Below are positions 21,207 through 31,579 of a stretch of 64,000 bases of DNA, piece by piece. Position 1 is the stretch's first letter. Each line of letters begins with the position of its first letter. This DNA comes from an uncultured delta proteobacterium. GTDB taxonomy: Bacteria; Desulfobacterota; Binatia; UBA9968. The notes under the pieces were generated by a model. That model saw only the letters and a list, made by a program, of their open reading frames with translations. It made no database searches and was not told the DNA's origin. A program made the position numbers and the translations under genes. The stretch lies in the NCBI GenBank assembly GCA_963847445.1, contig CAWJZV010000024.1:32001-96000 (forward strand), written 5' to 3'.

Positions 21207-21707
21207 CTAGATGCCGGCGCCACCGAGCAATGGCTTCAACCATCCCGCCGGTAGATTGACGTTTAAGAATTTTACAAAGAAGAAGAAAACCAACAGACCG
21301 AGCAAGCAGCCAACGGCCAGATCACGCGGCCATTTGCTGCTGCCAAAACCGCGGGCCACGCAACAGAACAGTGCGGCTTGCGCGAGCACGAAGCCGGCGC
21401 GATGGATCAAAAGGATTTGCGCGAATAGACCGGCGCTCACCCAGATAAATGCACTCGGGGTAAAGCGATGCTCGCCGCGTTCTGCCGGGTCGTCGGCGAT
21501 GGCGTTGCGCCAGCCGCCGCTGAAAGTTTCGTAAAGGAGCCAGAGTCCCAGCAGGATGAGGCCGCCGGCGATGACCGCAGGGGCGATGTTAGGCCCGATG
21601 CGCGCGTAACCGCCGGCGCTGGGTAGTTGCGCCGTGCCGACGGCCGTGGCTGCTCCCAAAGCCAAGATGGCCAGGGAAAGAGTCAGCTCGGCGGGTTTGG
21701 CTTTCAT
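21207..21707 (-). CDS. tctB: Tripartite tricarboxylate transporter small membrane subunit
   Basis: 4 TM segments, IGP motif, C-terminal FVKFLNVNLPAG; lies between tctC and tctA. Confidence 0.9.
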   Translation of the reverse strand: MKAKPAELTLSLAILALGAATAVGTAQLPSAGGYARIGPNIAPAVIAGGLILLGLWLLYETFSGGWRNAIADDPAERGEHRFTPSAFIWVSAGLFAQILLIHRAGFVLAQAALFCCVARGFGSSKWPRDLAVGCLLGLLVFFFFVKFLNVNLPAGWLKPLLGGAGI

Positions 21708-21746
21708 GAGTTAGTAGATAATGGTCCCACGGTCAAAAATTCATTA

Positions 21747-22030
21747 TTCACCACGAAGTGAATCATGATCTTACGCACGCCACGGATAATGAAAATGGAT
21801 GGGATTTTCTCCATAGGCGGTCTGCTTGACGCGTCATTCCCGCGCACGCGGGAATCCAGGTTAGCCTGCGCCGAATTAGCCTGGATACCCGCTTTCGCGG
21901 GTATGACGGAACCCAGGTGACATCTTCATTGTGGAGACCCTCCCCTTACATGTATTTTCTAGGAGGCACGAAGGACACGAAGGTCTCGGATAATTAATAT
22001 TCCGAACTTCGTGCTCTTCGCGACCTCCTT
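21747..22030. mobile_element. Nested non-autonomous element (21759-21965) inserted in a CACGAAG repeat
   Basis: Same 39-bp left end (1 mismatch) and similar right end as 60932-61118; uninterrupted host repeat at 51643-51680. Confidence 0.65.
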
Positions 22031-22203
22031 GATAACGTGCGCGGCTTGCGCATAATATATCCGAGCGCCAAATCCAAGAGGGCGGGTTTCAAACCCGCCC
22101 CGACCGGATCCCGATCCTGCGCCTCTGCGTTCTATGCGGCCATTGCGAACTTCGGTTGCGGCTGTGCCGCGCAGTCCTTCGTGGTAAAAGGAAATCTCAC
22201 CGC

Positions 22204-23161
22204 CTATTTCGTGGTCTTGATACCGAGCGAAGCGATGATCCCGGCGATGCGCTTGGTGTCTTCATCGATGAACTTCTTGTAGGGTTCGCCGCTCAGAAAG
22301 ATCGGCGACCAGCCGAGTTTAATCAAGGTCTCTTTCCATGACGCCGATTCGGTGGCGCCGCGCACGATCTTGATCAAGGCGTCGGTCTGCGCCGGAGTGA
22401 TGCCGGGCGCGCCGAAGATGCCGCGCCAGTTGGCAAGCTCAACGTCGATTCCCTGTTCTTTCAGGGTCGGGTAGCCGTCGATCTTCGCCGGGCTGGAGAC
22501 CGCCAGGGCGCGCATGCGGCCGCCTTTGACCTGCTCGGCGAACTCGCCGATGCCGGAAACGCCGGCGGTAACATGACCGCCGATGATAGCGGCGATCGCT
22601 TCGCCGCCGCCCTTGAAGGGCACGTAATTGACTTTCGCGGCGTCAACGCCGCTCGCTTTGGCAATCAGTCCGGCCAGGATGTGATCGGTGCCGCCGGCGG
22701 AACCGCCGCCCCAGGAAACGCTGCCAGGATTGGCTTTGAACACTTTGACTAGATCCGCCATCGTCTTGTGCGGAGAGCTAGCCGGCACGACGATGATCTC
22801 GTACTCGCCGGTCAAGCGCGCCAACGGCGTGACCATGCCCACGTTCACCGGCGACCCTTCGAGGAGAATGGCGCCGACCATGACCATACCGCCGATTATG
22901 ACCGCGTTAGGGTCGCCCTTGGCCGAGTTGATGAATTGCGCCAGGCCAATCGTGCCGCCGGCGCCGCCCTTGTTCTCGAACTGCACCGATGACACCAGCT
23001 TGGCGCTTTGCATCGCATTGGCCAAGCTTACGCCCGGTCTGATCCCAGCCGCCGCCGGGATTGGCCGGAATCATCATTTTGAGACTAGGCTGGGCGTGAG
23101 CTCCGACGACCGTCGCTGCAACAGTCAGAGCCACGAGCAGGCTGGAAAACCATTTACGCAT
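22204..23161 (-). CDS. tctC: Canonical TctC substrate-binding protein (frameshift near 23030)
   Basis: MRKWFSS signal peptide, MIPANPGGGWDQTGR, ENKGGAGGTIG, WGGGSAGGTDH, YVPFKGGGE, NWRGIFG. Confidence 0.9.
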
Positions 23162-23288
23162 AATGCCTCCTTGCAATTGACCGGTTCTCATTTCGAACCA
23201 AGTTGACGATGTATAGTAGACGGCGAATAAATTGACAAGCTTCAATTAGCTAAGTCCGGCTGGGCACTGGCCGGGCAAAACATTCAGA

Positions 23289-23380
23289 TCACGAGGTGAC
23301 AAGCGGATTGCGGGTGGTCAGCGTCGGAAAGCGGCTGAAGTCGCGATCCGCGGTCCACAGTTCTCGCACAACATCATCAT
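23289..23380 (-). pseudogene. vapC: VapC/PIN toxin remnant (C-terminal ~27 aa only)
   Basis: VRELWTADRDFSRFPTLTTRNPL is the typical PIN C-terminal strand/DxDF motif, directly after the antitoxin stop. The N-terminal ~100 aa are absent. Confidence 0.7.
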
Positions 23381-23385
23381 CCACC

Positions 23386-23622
23386 CTAGCCGTCGTAAGC
23401 CATGTCACGAATCTGGTCCCAAGTTTTTGTCGAGACTCCTGGTTGAAGCCCTTGGCCTTTGAACGTGGCCTTTCGAAGTCGAAATTCGCTTGGCCGCTTT
23501 CTGTCCATAAAGAGCTGTCGTAGACCCTGTTCAATCAGTGCACTGACTGTAGTTTTTTCCCGTGCAGCCAGCTTCTTTGCCGCTTTCAAGAGGCTGTCGG
23601 GTATATTCACCGTCGTTTTCAT
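23386..23622 (-). CDS. vapB: VapB-family RHH antitoxin
   Basis: MKTTVNIPDSLLKAAKKLAAREKTTVSALIEQGLR...FRLRKATFKGQGLQPG...WDQIRDMAYDG. Confidence 0.82.
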   Translation of the reverse strand: MKTTVNIPDSLLKAAKKLAAREKTTVSALIEQGLRQLFMDRKRPSEFRLRKATFKGQGLQPGVSTKTWDQIRDMAYDG

Positions 23623-23634
23623 GTGGTTATATTT

Positions 23635-25352
23635 TCAGACGATGTGACTAGATGTCAAATCGCTGCCATCGAAAACATCACTAACTCCTACCGTAGCGAG
23701 CCGGGTTGCTTGAGATGCCAATTTGTCGCCTAACGCCTCAACTGAAATCTTCGCGCCGCTCTGACATCTAATCGCTCCGATTTCACGCAACGCGCGCGTG
23801 AAGAGCTCGGTACGAAACTTCTGATTCTCGCGCAAACCTTGAGTGGTTGCGAAGTATAAGCGACCGGTTTCGGACAGTTGCTGAAGCAAATCAATACCGA
23901 TCTGAGTTCGCGGCTCAGACCAACGTACGCTTATGAGTTCTTTCAAACTGGTTGATGCGTCGACGGGCAGCCCTTTAAGAAAGTTCACAATCCGGGTGGC
24001 CACAAACAGCGTGTAAATATCAGCGCGCTTGAAATGGTCGGTTTCGATCGCCAGAGCGGTGAGGCGGGCCTTGATGAAATCGCTTTCATTGAATTTCACG
24101 CCGCGCGCGATGGGCGAGTTGGGCGTTTGATAAAAGGGCGAGGCACCGAGCAACACCGGCAGGCGCGCGTTGAACGCCAAGGTCTGGATCATGCTGTCCA
24201 AGGATTCGTTGGGCAGGCCGAGGATTTGATAGGAAACGATCTTGAAACCCAGAGCGGCGGCCTTGTGCACGACGCGGAGATAGGCCTCCAGGGTATGCGG
24301 TCGCTTGGTGGTCTCGCGAACGGTTTTGTCCGAGCTGACCAGCGCCAAATTGAGATGGGAGAAGCCGGCTTGGCGCATCAGTTCGAGCAATTCGTCGTCG
24401 AGACTCAAGTAACTGATGCCGTTCATGGCGACGAATTCCATTTCCCGGTTGGGGAAGCGCGCGATCAGACGGCGGCACAGCTCTTTGAACGTCTGCTTGT
24501 AGTAGGTCAGGTTGTCGTCTTCGAAGTCGATGACGCGGTAGCCCTGACGGTAGCGCAATTGGATTTCTTCCAGCACCTGTTCGAGCGAGCGCCGGCGATA
24601 GTCGGTGCCGAAGGTCGTGTGCACCGAACAGAACGAGCATTTATGCGGGCAGCTGCGCGACGTGATCATGAAGGTCAGCGGCTTGCCGGCGAGTGTGTAG
24701 CTTGCCGGTGAGAAGTCGCTCAGATCCGGCATCGGCAGATCTTCGATGGGAAAGTTTTCTTCGATTGGATTGAGAACGACCTCGCCATTTCGTTTGTAGG
24801 CCAGATTGGCAACAGTCTCGACGGGCTTGTGGTTCTTTAGACAACGGAGAAATTCGACGAACGGCCTCTCACCTTCGCCGCGAATGACGTAATCGACATG
24901 CGGCCGACGCCAGCAGCGATTCCGGCACCGCCGAGGCGTGAGAGCCGCCCATGACGACGATGGCATTCGAAGCCTTCTTTATCCGCGCGGCCACTGCGAG
25001 AGCTTCGCGAAAATAGGGTGTGAACAGCGACGAGATGCCGACGATGTCCGGTTTTAGCAGCGCGATTTCTTCCTCAATCGCCTCGAAGGACTTGCCGAAG
25101 TGATAGTAGCGATGAAAGGTCGAGAACGGCGACTTATCCGCGACCCCATAATACTCGGTCAGGTAGCGGAGTTCCTTTGGGATCGGCACGGTCCTGCGGC
25201 CGGCGCCGCTGTGATAGTCCTTAACGATAACTGTCAATGTCCGGGAGATGTTTGTTGACCGCGGCTTTGAGGTAGCAAAGACCGATGGGTTGCAGGCGCA
25301 CGTCGGTGTCGTAGAAATCTTCGACCGGCGGTTGGATGAGCAAAACTCGCAT
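23635..25352 (-). CDS. B12-binding domain radical SAM protein (frameshifts near 25240 and 24910)
   Basis: MRVLLIQPP...PIGLCYLKA, DIVGISSLFT, VVMGGSHAS, DYVIRGEGE, SRSCPHKCSFC (CxxxCxxC), FEDDNL. Confidence 0.85.
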
Positions 25353-25608
25353 TATTCTTGAAAGCTATTTTCTACTGAGAAATTCGACTATAGCATGGGC
25401 TTGGTCGAACGCTATACGAACAGTGACTTATGATCGGTTCATCAAAGGAGCGCGGGTTTTCTAACCCGCCGAATGAAATGGGCGGACAAGAATGTCCGCG
25501 CTCCTTTGGGTGTGCCGGCGGACCTACGATCACTGGCGGCTATGACGGATTTTTGTTAAGCATCGTCCAATAATGCTCCAATGCCAATTCCGTTGAGGTG
25601 CGACGGCC

Positions 25609-26677
25609 ATGAAGATCGAAAAAATCGAAACCCGCAAGCTCGAGATGCCCTACACCAAGCCCTTGGTGACGGCGACCAACAACTTCACGGTGGCGCGCGG
25701 TTTGTTGGTGACGGTGGGGACCAATGGCGGGGTGGAAGGTTACGGCTACGCCGATCTGTTTCCGCGCGCGGGGGAGACCCCCGAGACAGCGCAGCATGTC
25801 ATCGAGACTGTGTTGAAAGCCAAGGCGATGGGCAGGGAGTTGGAAGACTTGGGGCGCATTCGCGCCGATATGGATCATGCATCTGACCGGCCATCCGCGG
25901 GCGAAGTCGGCTTTGGAAGGGGCGCTGTATGATGCCCTGGCACGCAGCTATCATATGCCGCTGTCGGTGATGCTCGGCGGCAAGTGCCGCAGCGAAATCA
26001 ACGTCATCAAGATGGTCAGCGTCGGTGATCCCGAGGCGATGGCGGCGGAAGCCAAAGAGCTGGTCGCCGAAGGTTTGTCGCTGAAGCTCAAGGTCAGCGG
26101 CCGGATCGAAAAGGATCTGCCGCGGGTCGCCGCCGTGCGCAAGGCGGTCGGCGATGATGTGTTTATCAAGATCGACGCCAATGAAGCCTACGACGCCAAG
26201 ACTGCCATCCGTCTCGCCAAAGCTTTGGCCGACCTCGGCGTCGAGATTTTTGAGCAGCCGGTGCCGCGGGATCAGTTCGATGCCTTGTGGGAGGTGAAAA
26301 AGCATTCGCCGATCAAAATCGAGGCGGACCAATCCTGCCGCAACTTTGCCGACGCGCAGATGCTGATCAAAAACCGCATGGTCGATTCGATCAACACCGG
26401 CATTCCCAAGGTCGGCAGCATCGGCGAAGTCAGGCGCATCGCCGAGCTGTGCGAGGCCAGCGGCATCCGCTGCGCGTTATCCAATACGGCGGGCAGCGTG
26501 GTCGGCGACGCTGCGGCACTCCATCTGGCGGCGAGCACGCCGGGGATTGCGCCGTTATGCGAGTTGGGCGAATTCGAGGTGATCACCGGCGATCCGTTCT
26601 TCGGTCTCGCCGTGACCAAAGGCACTCTCACCGTGCCTGAGGGCGAAGGGCTGGGAGTGAGTCTGAGGGGGTTTTGA
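25609..26677 (+). CDS. Enolase superfamily enzyme (muconate cycloisomerase/dipeptide epimerase-like), frameshift near 25880
   Basis: GYGYA capping domain, AKSALEGALYD, KLK, DANE, FEQP, ADQS. Confidence 0.85.
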
Positions 26678-26680
26678 AGA

Positions 26681-26788
26681 ATGGAGTGATGGAGAATGAA
26701 GACTGGAGTAATGGAATAGGAGTAATGGAGTATTGGGAAGAATCCGAAACCCATCACTCCAGTACTCCAACGACTCCATCACTCCAAT
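26681..26788. repeat. GGAGT/ACTCC palindromic repeat
   Basis: atggagtgatggag...ggagtaatggagtattggg...cccatcactccagtactccaacgactccatcactcca. Confidence 0.8.
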
Positions 26789-26806
26789 CCGCTTGGGAGG
26801 TTTTGC

Positions 26807-27505
26807 ATGAGTTCAGCTTTTGCCGCGGCGATGGATAAGATCGTCGCCGACTGTAACGACCGGCTCGAGTGGGTGAAGTCGTCGAAGGACAATTTGACCA
26901 AGGACGCGGCGCGGGTGCTGATCGAACAGTGGTCGAGTTTCACCCGGCATAGCCGGCAGTGTTGGGCTTACGTAGTCGGCAACTGTCCCCATGTCGAAGT
27001 GCGCAAGTTCGTCGTGACCGAGAACTTGTACGAGGAAGAAGCCCAGGAAGGCCATTCCCACTTTGAAATCCTCGCGCGTATGGGCATGGCGTTGGGCTTG
27101 ACCCGAGACCAGATCGTCAACGCGACACCGCTGCCGACAACCGTGGTGTCGATGCGTTGCTGGGAAGCGCTGACCAAGAACCGCACCTGGTACGAGGGAC
27201 TTGCCGCCAAGTCGGTGCTCGAGCGCACCAACAATCCCAACTGCGGCAACTTTTCCCATCATCAATCCGAGTATTGGACGCGCCAGTTGGGTTTGTCGAA
27301 AGAGGACACCGAGTTCTGGTGGATGCATGACTCCGTCGATCAGATCCATGGCGACGGTTCGCTCAATTTGCTCGAGAAATATCTCACCACCGACGCCGAG
27401 AAGCAGGCGGCGCTGCGCGCCGCGGAGGAATCGATGATGGCGTGGCAGATTTATTTTGATGGCTTTTATTTTGAAGGGATAAGGCGTTCGGCAGCGAAGC
27501 GCTAG
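26807..27505 (+). CDS. Heme-oxygenase-like diiron oxidase (TenA/PqqC/CADD-like)
   Basis: ENLYEEE-x4-SH and E...HDSVDQIH fit the E-x6-H / E / H-x3-D-x2-H ligand pattern. Confidence 0.75.
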   Translation: MSSAFAAAMDKIVADCNDRLEWVKSSKDNLTKDAARVLIEQWSSFTRHSRQCWAYVVGNCPHVEVRKFVVTENLYEEEAQEGHSHFEILARMGMALGLTRDQIVNATPLPTTVVSMRCWEALTKNRTWYEGLAAKSVLERTNNPNCGNFSHHQSEYWTRQLGLSKEDTEFWWMHDSVDQIHGDGSLNLLEKYLTTDAEKQAALRAAEESMMAWQIYFDGFYFEGIRRSAAKR

Positions 27506-27520
27506 ATTCGTCGCAGAACC

Positions 27521-27628
27521 GTTCAAATCGTTCAAGCCCCCTCTTCACATCCTCCCCCGCATCGCGGGGGAGGACGAGGTGGGGGATTGAACGGAGCGAA
27601 GCGGTTGAACGGCTTGAACGATTTGAAC
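27521..27628. repeat. GTTCAA/TTGAAC palindromic repeat
   Basis: gttcaaatcgttcaag...cctcccccgcatcgcgggggagg...ttgaacggcttgaacgatttgaac. Confidence 0.85.
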
Positions 27629-27651
27629 CCTAATTGGGAATTGGGAGATTT

Positions 27652-28749
27652 ATGGCCAAGCCGGAAACTAAAAAATCACTGCAGCAATTCGACGATGAGC
27701 TGAAGCAACTCTACATCACCGGGCAGTGGCAGTACGAAGGTTTGCTGGCGGCGTGTATCGGCGGGCCGAAGCCGCGCGGCGAGGCTTATCTTTGGCCCTG
27801 GAAGATGGTCGGTGAAAAGCTTGCCGAGGCCTGCGACGTGCTCGAAGAGAGCGTCACGGCGCGGCGCAGTTTGTTGTTCAACAATCCCGGCGTGCCGATG
27901 GGCGGCACGACGCATACGCTGCTCATGGGCATTCAGATGATCAAGGCCGGCGAGATCGCATGGGCGCATCGCCACACTTTGGCGGCGGTGCGTTTCGTCG
28001 CCAAAGGCGACGGCAAGGTGTTCACCGTGGTCAACGGCGAGAAGTGCCCGATGCAACCGAACGACTTGATTCTGACGCCGCAATGGACCTGGCACGATCA
28101 TCAGAATCCGACCAAGGAAACGGCGATGTGGGTCGATGTCCTCGACGTGCCGTTCATGCTCGGCCTCAACCAGCCGTTTTACGAGCCCTATCCGGGCGAC
28201 AAGGTGCAAGCGGTGCGCGACAAGCCGAGCGAGCATTTGCAGCAGCGCGCGGGTTGGGTGCGGCCGGTTTGGGAAAATTCGCAAAAGGAAAACTTGCCGC
28301 TGCGCTATGCCTGGAACGATATTGAACCGCAGCTGCGCGCCCTGGCCGATCAACCTGGCAGCCCCTACGATGGTGTTGCCCTGGAATATGTCAATCCGAT
28401 GACCGGCGGGCCAACCTTGCCGACGCTGAGCTGCTGGATACAGCTGCTGCGGCCCGGCGAACACACCAAGAAGCATCGCCACACCTCGAGCGCGGTGTAT
28501 TTCGTCGCCGGCGGCGAGGGCACGACGATCGTCGGTGACAAAGCGCTCGAATGGACCAAGAACGATTGTTTCGCTGTGCCCAACTGGGCGTGGCATGAGC
28601 ATGTCAACCGCTCAAAGAGCGAGGAAGCGTTGCTTTTCTCGGTCAACGATTCGCCGATCGTCAGCGCCTTCGGCCACTACCGCGAGGAACCGGAGGTTTC
28701 ATTGAGGTCGATGTCGATCCCCGCGGTGCCGATTCCAAAATCCAAATAA
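27652..28749 (+). CDS. Gentisate 1,2-dioxygenase-like bicupin
   Basis: AHRHTLAAVRF, LTPQWTWHDH, EYVNPMTGGPTLPTL, HRHTSSAVY, VPNWAWHEH. Confidence 0.88.
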   Translation: MAKPETKKSLQQFDDELKQLYITGQWQYEGLLAACIGGPKPRGEAYLWPWKMVGEKLAEACDVLEESVTARRSLLFNNPGVPMGGTTHTLLMGIQMIKAGEIAWAHRHTLAAVRFVAKGDGKVFTVVNGEKCPMQPNDLILTPQWTWHDHQNPTKETAMWVDVLDVPFMLGLNQPFYEPYPGDKVQAVRDKPSEHLQQRAGWVRPVWENSQKENLPLRYAWNDIEPQLRALADQPGSPYDGVALEYVNPMTGGPTLPTLSCWIQLLRPGEHTKKHRHTSSAVYFVAGGEGTTIVGDKALEWTKNDCFAVPNWAWHEHVNRSKSEEALLFSVNDSPIVSAFGHYREEPEVSLRSMSIPAVPIPKSK

Positions 28750-28808
28750 CACCGTTCAAAATGTTCAATGCGTTCGATCGCTCGGATTTGAACATGCAAG
28801 GAGATGGC

Positions 28809-29194
28809 ATGATCAAGAACTTTGCACTGGCAATTCTCATCTTATCTTTGCCAAGTTCTGCCCATGTCCAGGCCCCCTTTTACGAAGAACGATCTGGGAA
28901 CTTTTGGATAAACACAATAAGAGTCCAACCATGCGCGGGCTCACCCGAGTGCTCCTCGCACCGGATGATATGGGCCGGCCGTTTTTTGGCCCGCCGCGCA
29001 TTTCCGCGGAGCGGATAAAAATACTGCGCGCAGCTTTTACCAAAGTGCTGAGCGATCCGGACGTCCAGGTCGATGCCCGCAAGAAAGGGCTGGAGCCAGC
29101 GCCGGTCAGTGGCGATGAACTAGAGAATTTGGTAAAAGAGCTCGCTCAGCCTGCGGAGGTGATTGAGCGGATGAAAGCGTTTCTGCAAAATTAG
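28809..29194 (+). pseudogene. Internally deleted TctC-like gene
   Basis: Signal peptide + QAPFYE joined within ~40 bp to the C-terminal region GRPFFGPP...ERIKILRAAF...PVSGDELENLVKE...EVIERMK. Confidence 0.72.
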
Positions 29195-29219
29195 CCGCGG
29201 TAAGCGATGGTCTCCTGCT

Positions 29220-29365
29220 AATTTCTACAGAAACATATTCCAGAGGATTCAACTGTCGCGAGTGCGCCTGGATCTACGGGACGTAGGCAATCGACCGAAG
29301 CAACTCCGGAGCTCATCGAGATATTCAATAAACTGATTGCGGCAGGACCGTTATCGCCGCGGTAA
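29220..29365 (+). pseudogene. Degenerate TctC-like remnant
   Basis: Fragments FLQKHIP and PELIEIFNKLIAAGPLSPR* match the paralogs downstream. Confidence 0.55.
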
Positions 29366-29389
29366 AGGAAAAATCTAGGGAGGACGATC

Positions 29390-30460
29390 ATGAAGAGTTG
29401 CCAATGTAGATTTTCGTCGGCAGCGATGCTTCTAGCGGCCGTATTTGTTTCTGTGGGGTTCTTACCGACTCACGTTTACTCTCAAGCTAATTTTTACGAA
29501 GGCAAGACCGTTACACTCATCGCGTTCAACGCACCAGGTGGTTCCGCAGATCTTCGGGTAAAAGCCGCTCTCCCCTTTCTGAAAAAACACATTCCCGGAA
29601 ATCCCACCGTCGCGATCGACTACATGGACGGCGGAGGTGGTCGGAAAGGGGCCAATCACCTCTATCATTCGGCCCGCCCCGATGGTCTCACCATAGGCGC
29701 GGCCAGCGGGGCGATCGTGGGTTTGGGCATCATGCGCGAACAAGGCGTCACCTATGACGTCGACAGGTTCATTTATCTCGGTACCCCAGAACATGAAAAT
29801 CACGCGGTCATCTATACCAGAAAGGATCTTGGACTCGACAACTTGGAAAAGCTCAAGACCAAGCCAGGTATCAGAATCGGCGGTCAGACCGTCGGCCATA
29901 CTTCCTACGTTGCCGGACGGCTGTTTGCGTATTTCTTGGACTTGAAGGATCCCAAGTTCGTCGTTGGCTATACTTCGCCCGAAGTGGACGTCGCCTTAAT
30001 GAACGGCGAGCTCGATGCCAGAGCCAACTCGGCCATATCGGTTTTGCGCCGCAATCCGGAGTGGCTGGATAAAGGCGTGATGAACTTCCACGCCATCATG
30101 GAAGTCCCGAAAGGCGATAAACATCCGCGCCTCAGTCATGTTCCAGAGATCGAAAGTTTCGCCAAGATGGAAAGAGAAAAAAAAGTTCTCGCCGTTTGGC
30201 GCGCTTTCCGAGGCGTCGGCTCCCCTTACATCTTGCCTCCGGGAACACCCAAAGACCGGGTTGCGATTCTCGAAGAGGCGATGCGCAGGACCTTTAAAGA
30301 TCCAGAGTTTCCAAAATACTTCAGGAAACTGGTCGACGACGATCCGTCGCCACTGGGAGCGGCGGACTTGACTAAGGTAATCAGGGAGATGCCGCGGGAC
30401 GCGGAGATCCTAGAGCTGCTCAAAAGATTCTCTGGGGCCGGGCCGTTGCCAGAAAGATAA
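29390..30460 (+). CDS. TctC/Bug family substrate-binding protein
   Basis: FYEGKTVTLI..PGGSADLR, KKHIPGNP, GGGGRKGAN, RPDGLT, C-terminal GAGPLPER. Confidence 0.88.
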   Translation: MKSCQCRFSSAAMLLAAVFVSVGFLPTHVYSQANFYEGKTVTLIAFNAPGGSADLRVKAALPFLKKHIPGNPTVAIDYMDGGGGRKGANHLYHSARPDGLTIGAASGAIVGLGIMREQGVTYDVDRFIYLGTPEHENHAVIYTRKDLGLDNLEKLKTKPGIRIGGQTVGHTSYVAGRLFAYFLDLKDPKFVVGYTSPEVDVALMNGELDARANSAISVLRRNPEWLDKGVMNFHAIMEVPKGDKHPRLSHVPEIESFAKMEREKKVLAVWRAFRGVGSPYILPPGTPKDRVAILEEAMRRTFKDPEFPKYFRKLVDDDPSPLGAADLTKVIREMPRDAEILELLKRFSGAGPLPER

Positions 30461-30495
30461 ATACAGGGAATTCAAGAAACAAATTTGGAGGAAAT

Positions 30496-31531
30496 ATGCT
30501 GAAGACATTAACTCTTGTCACTTACATCTTGTTCTCATTGACGGCGGCCCACGCCCAGGCGCCCTTCTATCAGGGCAAGACCGTCACGATCCTACACGGC
30601 CGAGCACCCGGTGGATCGGGCGACTATCGCGTGCGCGCGGTGTTGCCGTTTCTGCAAAAATATATTCCCGGCAATCCCACCTTCGTGCACGAGTACATGG
30701 ACGGCGGCGGCGGGCGCAAGGCGGCCAATCATATATTCGCGCTCGCGCGTACCGACGGCCTGGTGATCGGCAACGTCGGCGGCGGGGTGGTCGCCAACGC
30801 CGTGCTCGGCGAACAGGGCGTGCAGTACGACCTCGACAAGCTTCCCTTCATCGGCTCGCCTTACAGCGCGACCCATTATGTCTTCGCCACCCGCCGGGAG
30901 GCCGGGCTCAGTAATCTGGAGAAACTTCGCGCCGCCACCGGGGTGCGCATCGGCGCCCAGTCCGTCGGCCATACCAATTACACCATCGGCAGAATCTTCG
31001 CCGCGCTGCTCGGTCTCAAAGATAGCAAGTACGTCACCGGCTATTCGATTCCCGAGCGCGATGTGGCGTTGCTGCGCGGCGAGATCGACGCGATCGCCAA
31101 CACCGACGATTTCTACGCGCGCAACCCCGAATGGATCGACAAAAAAATGGTCGACTTTCACCTCGTCATGGAGATCCCCAAAGGACTGAAGCACCCGCTC
31201 TTTTCCCACCTGGCCGAGGTCGAGACCTTCGCCAAAACCGAGCGCGGCCGCAAGGTGCTTTCCCTCTTCCGTCTTTTCCGTCTCTCCGGCTCGCCGTTCA
31301 TTGTCCCGCCAACGACGCAAAAAGACCGGCTGGAGATCATCAAAGAAGCTTTGCGCAAAGACTTTCAAGGATCCGGAGTTCGTCAAGGAATACCGCAAAG
31401 TCGTCGGCGAAGATCCGACGCCGCTCATGCCGGAGGAAAACGAGCGCGCCATCCGCGACCTGCCGCGCGACGCCGAGATCATCGATCTGTTTAAAAAGTT
31501 TGCCGGTGCGGGCCCGCTGCCGCCGCTGTGA
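30496..31531 (+). CDS. TctC/Bug family substrate-binding protein (frameshift near 31358)
   Basis: AQAPFYQGKT, KYIPGNP, GGGGRKAAN; C-terminus FKDPEF...GAGPLPPL* in ORF 31301-31531. Confidence 0.85.
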
Positions 31532-31579
31532 TGCGCCGCGCGCTGGCACCGCGACCGCAATCAACCAAGAGATGAAAAG

